NCBI RefSeq assembly: GCF_022846255.1
Contig: NZ_AP025682.1
Source: Escherichia coli
GTDB lineage: Bacteria; Pseudomonadota; Gammaproteobacteria; Enterobacterales; Enterobacteriaceae
Length of the DNA: 64,000 nucleotides
Reading direction: 5' to 3' (one strand)
Shown here: positions 63,441 to 64,000 of the stretch, piece after piece
Layout: every line of letters begins with the position of its first letter
How positions within the stretch are numbered: the first letter of the stretch is position 1
Notes under the pieces: model-generated
Told to the model about the DNA's origin: nothing
Seen by the model: only the letters and a program-made list of their open reading frames with translations
Database searches by the model: none
Program-made: the position numbers and the translations under genes

Positions 63441-64000
63441 GGACTGACGCCAGATAGTTTCTGTCCATGGCTGCTTTTCGCATCTTACGTCTTAACCCTG
63501 CCTTGAATACCTTATCATTCGTCAAAATATTAATAGCGATGTGCCGTATCCCTGAAAATAATTCTGCTGCATTTCCTCTTCTTATTTTGCAGTCGTCTTC
63601 ATTCATTACCACGTCCAGACGCCAGTGCAGCTTATTCTCCACGTGCCAGTGGTTTCGGATTGCTGTGGCGAACTTCTCTGCGGTTAAATCAGCAGAACTG
63701 ATATAATATCTGACCGTCATTTCTGGCTATTTCTTTTGTTCTGCTATTATGGACCGAAAGGAGACTGCCACGCATAATTTCTTCAGTCCTTTCCATTCAA
63801 ACGTGAAATCAATAAGTTCATCAGGGACATCGCAAACAATATGAAGACGGATTTCTTCTCTGCCGTGACTTTTTTCACTAATTGCGTAACTGTCATGCTC
63901 TGGATTATTCAATTCTTTCAGCGGAAATTTTTCCTCGAAGGCTTTATTTAGCCGCCCCTGGTTTCCTTTTACAGCGAATAAATAATCACCTCCCTGTTTT
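63418..64000 (-). mobile_element. ISAs1-family (H-repeat) transposase, 3' portion, interrupted by an in-frame TAG; continues beyond the window
   Basis: Reverse-strand translation from the window edge reads [43 protein letters not shown]…AEQKK-(TAG at 63727..63729)[45 protein letters not shown]…. Confidence 0.8.

Noticed and set aside
1-64000. CRISPR arrays, tRNA or rRNA genes
   Set aside because: No regularly spaced direct repeats and no tRNA- or rRNA-like sequence seen on either strand; only REP-type palindromes

Overview
The window is an Escherichia coli chromosomal segment that I recognise from protein sequences and gene order as the hipA to pptA region, reverse-complemented relative to the K-12 map. 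The order is hipA (3' end), yneL remnant, a complete six-gene F9/Yde chaperone-usher fimbrial operon, ydeP, safA-ydeO, ydeN-ydeM, yddA-yddB-pqqL, gadBC, yddW, dosC remnant, dosP, ddpXABCDF, osmC (minus), bdm, sra, maeA, adhP, yddM, fdnIHG (minus, with selenocysteine TGA), yddG, narUZYWV, yddE, nhoA (minus), yddH, pptA (minus). The last ~6 kb is accessory, not the K-12 arrangement: a secreted MBL-fold alkylsulfatase, a membrane GGDEF diguanylate cyclase, two separate ISAs1/H-repeat transposase fragments, a frameshifted symE-like gene, and an AT-rich candidate toxin/immunity pair. That cassette is the best candidate for an undescribed system. Other differences from K-12 (from memory, not alignment) are that dosC is reduced to a 72-codon tail lacking the GGDEF motif, the F9 operon is intact, and yddJ-yddK-yddL are absent between yddG and narU. 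No rRNA, tRNA or CRISPR array was seen. All family assignments are from reading the translations without database searches.
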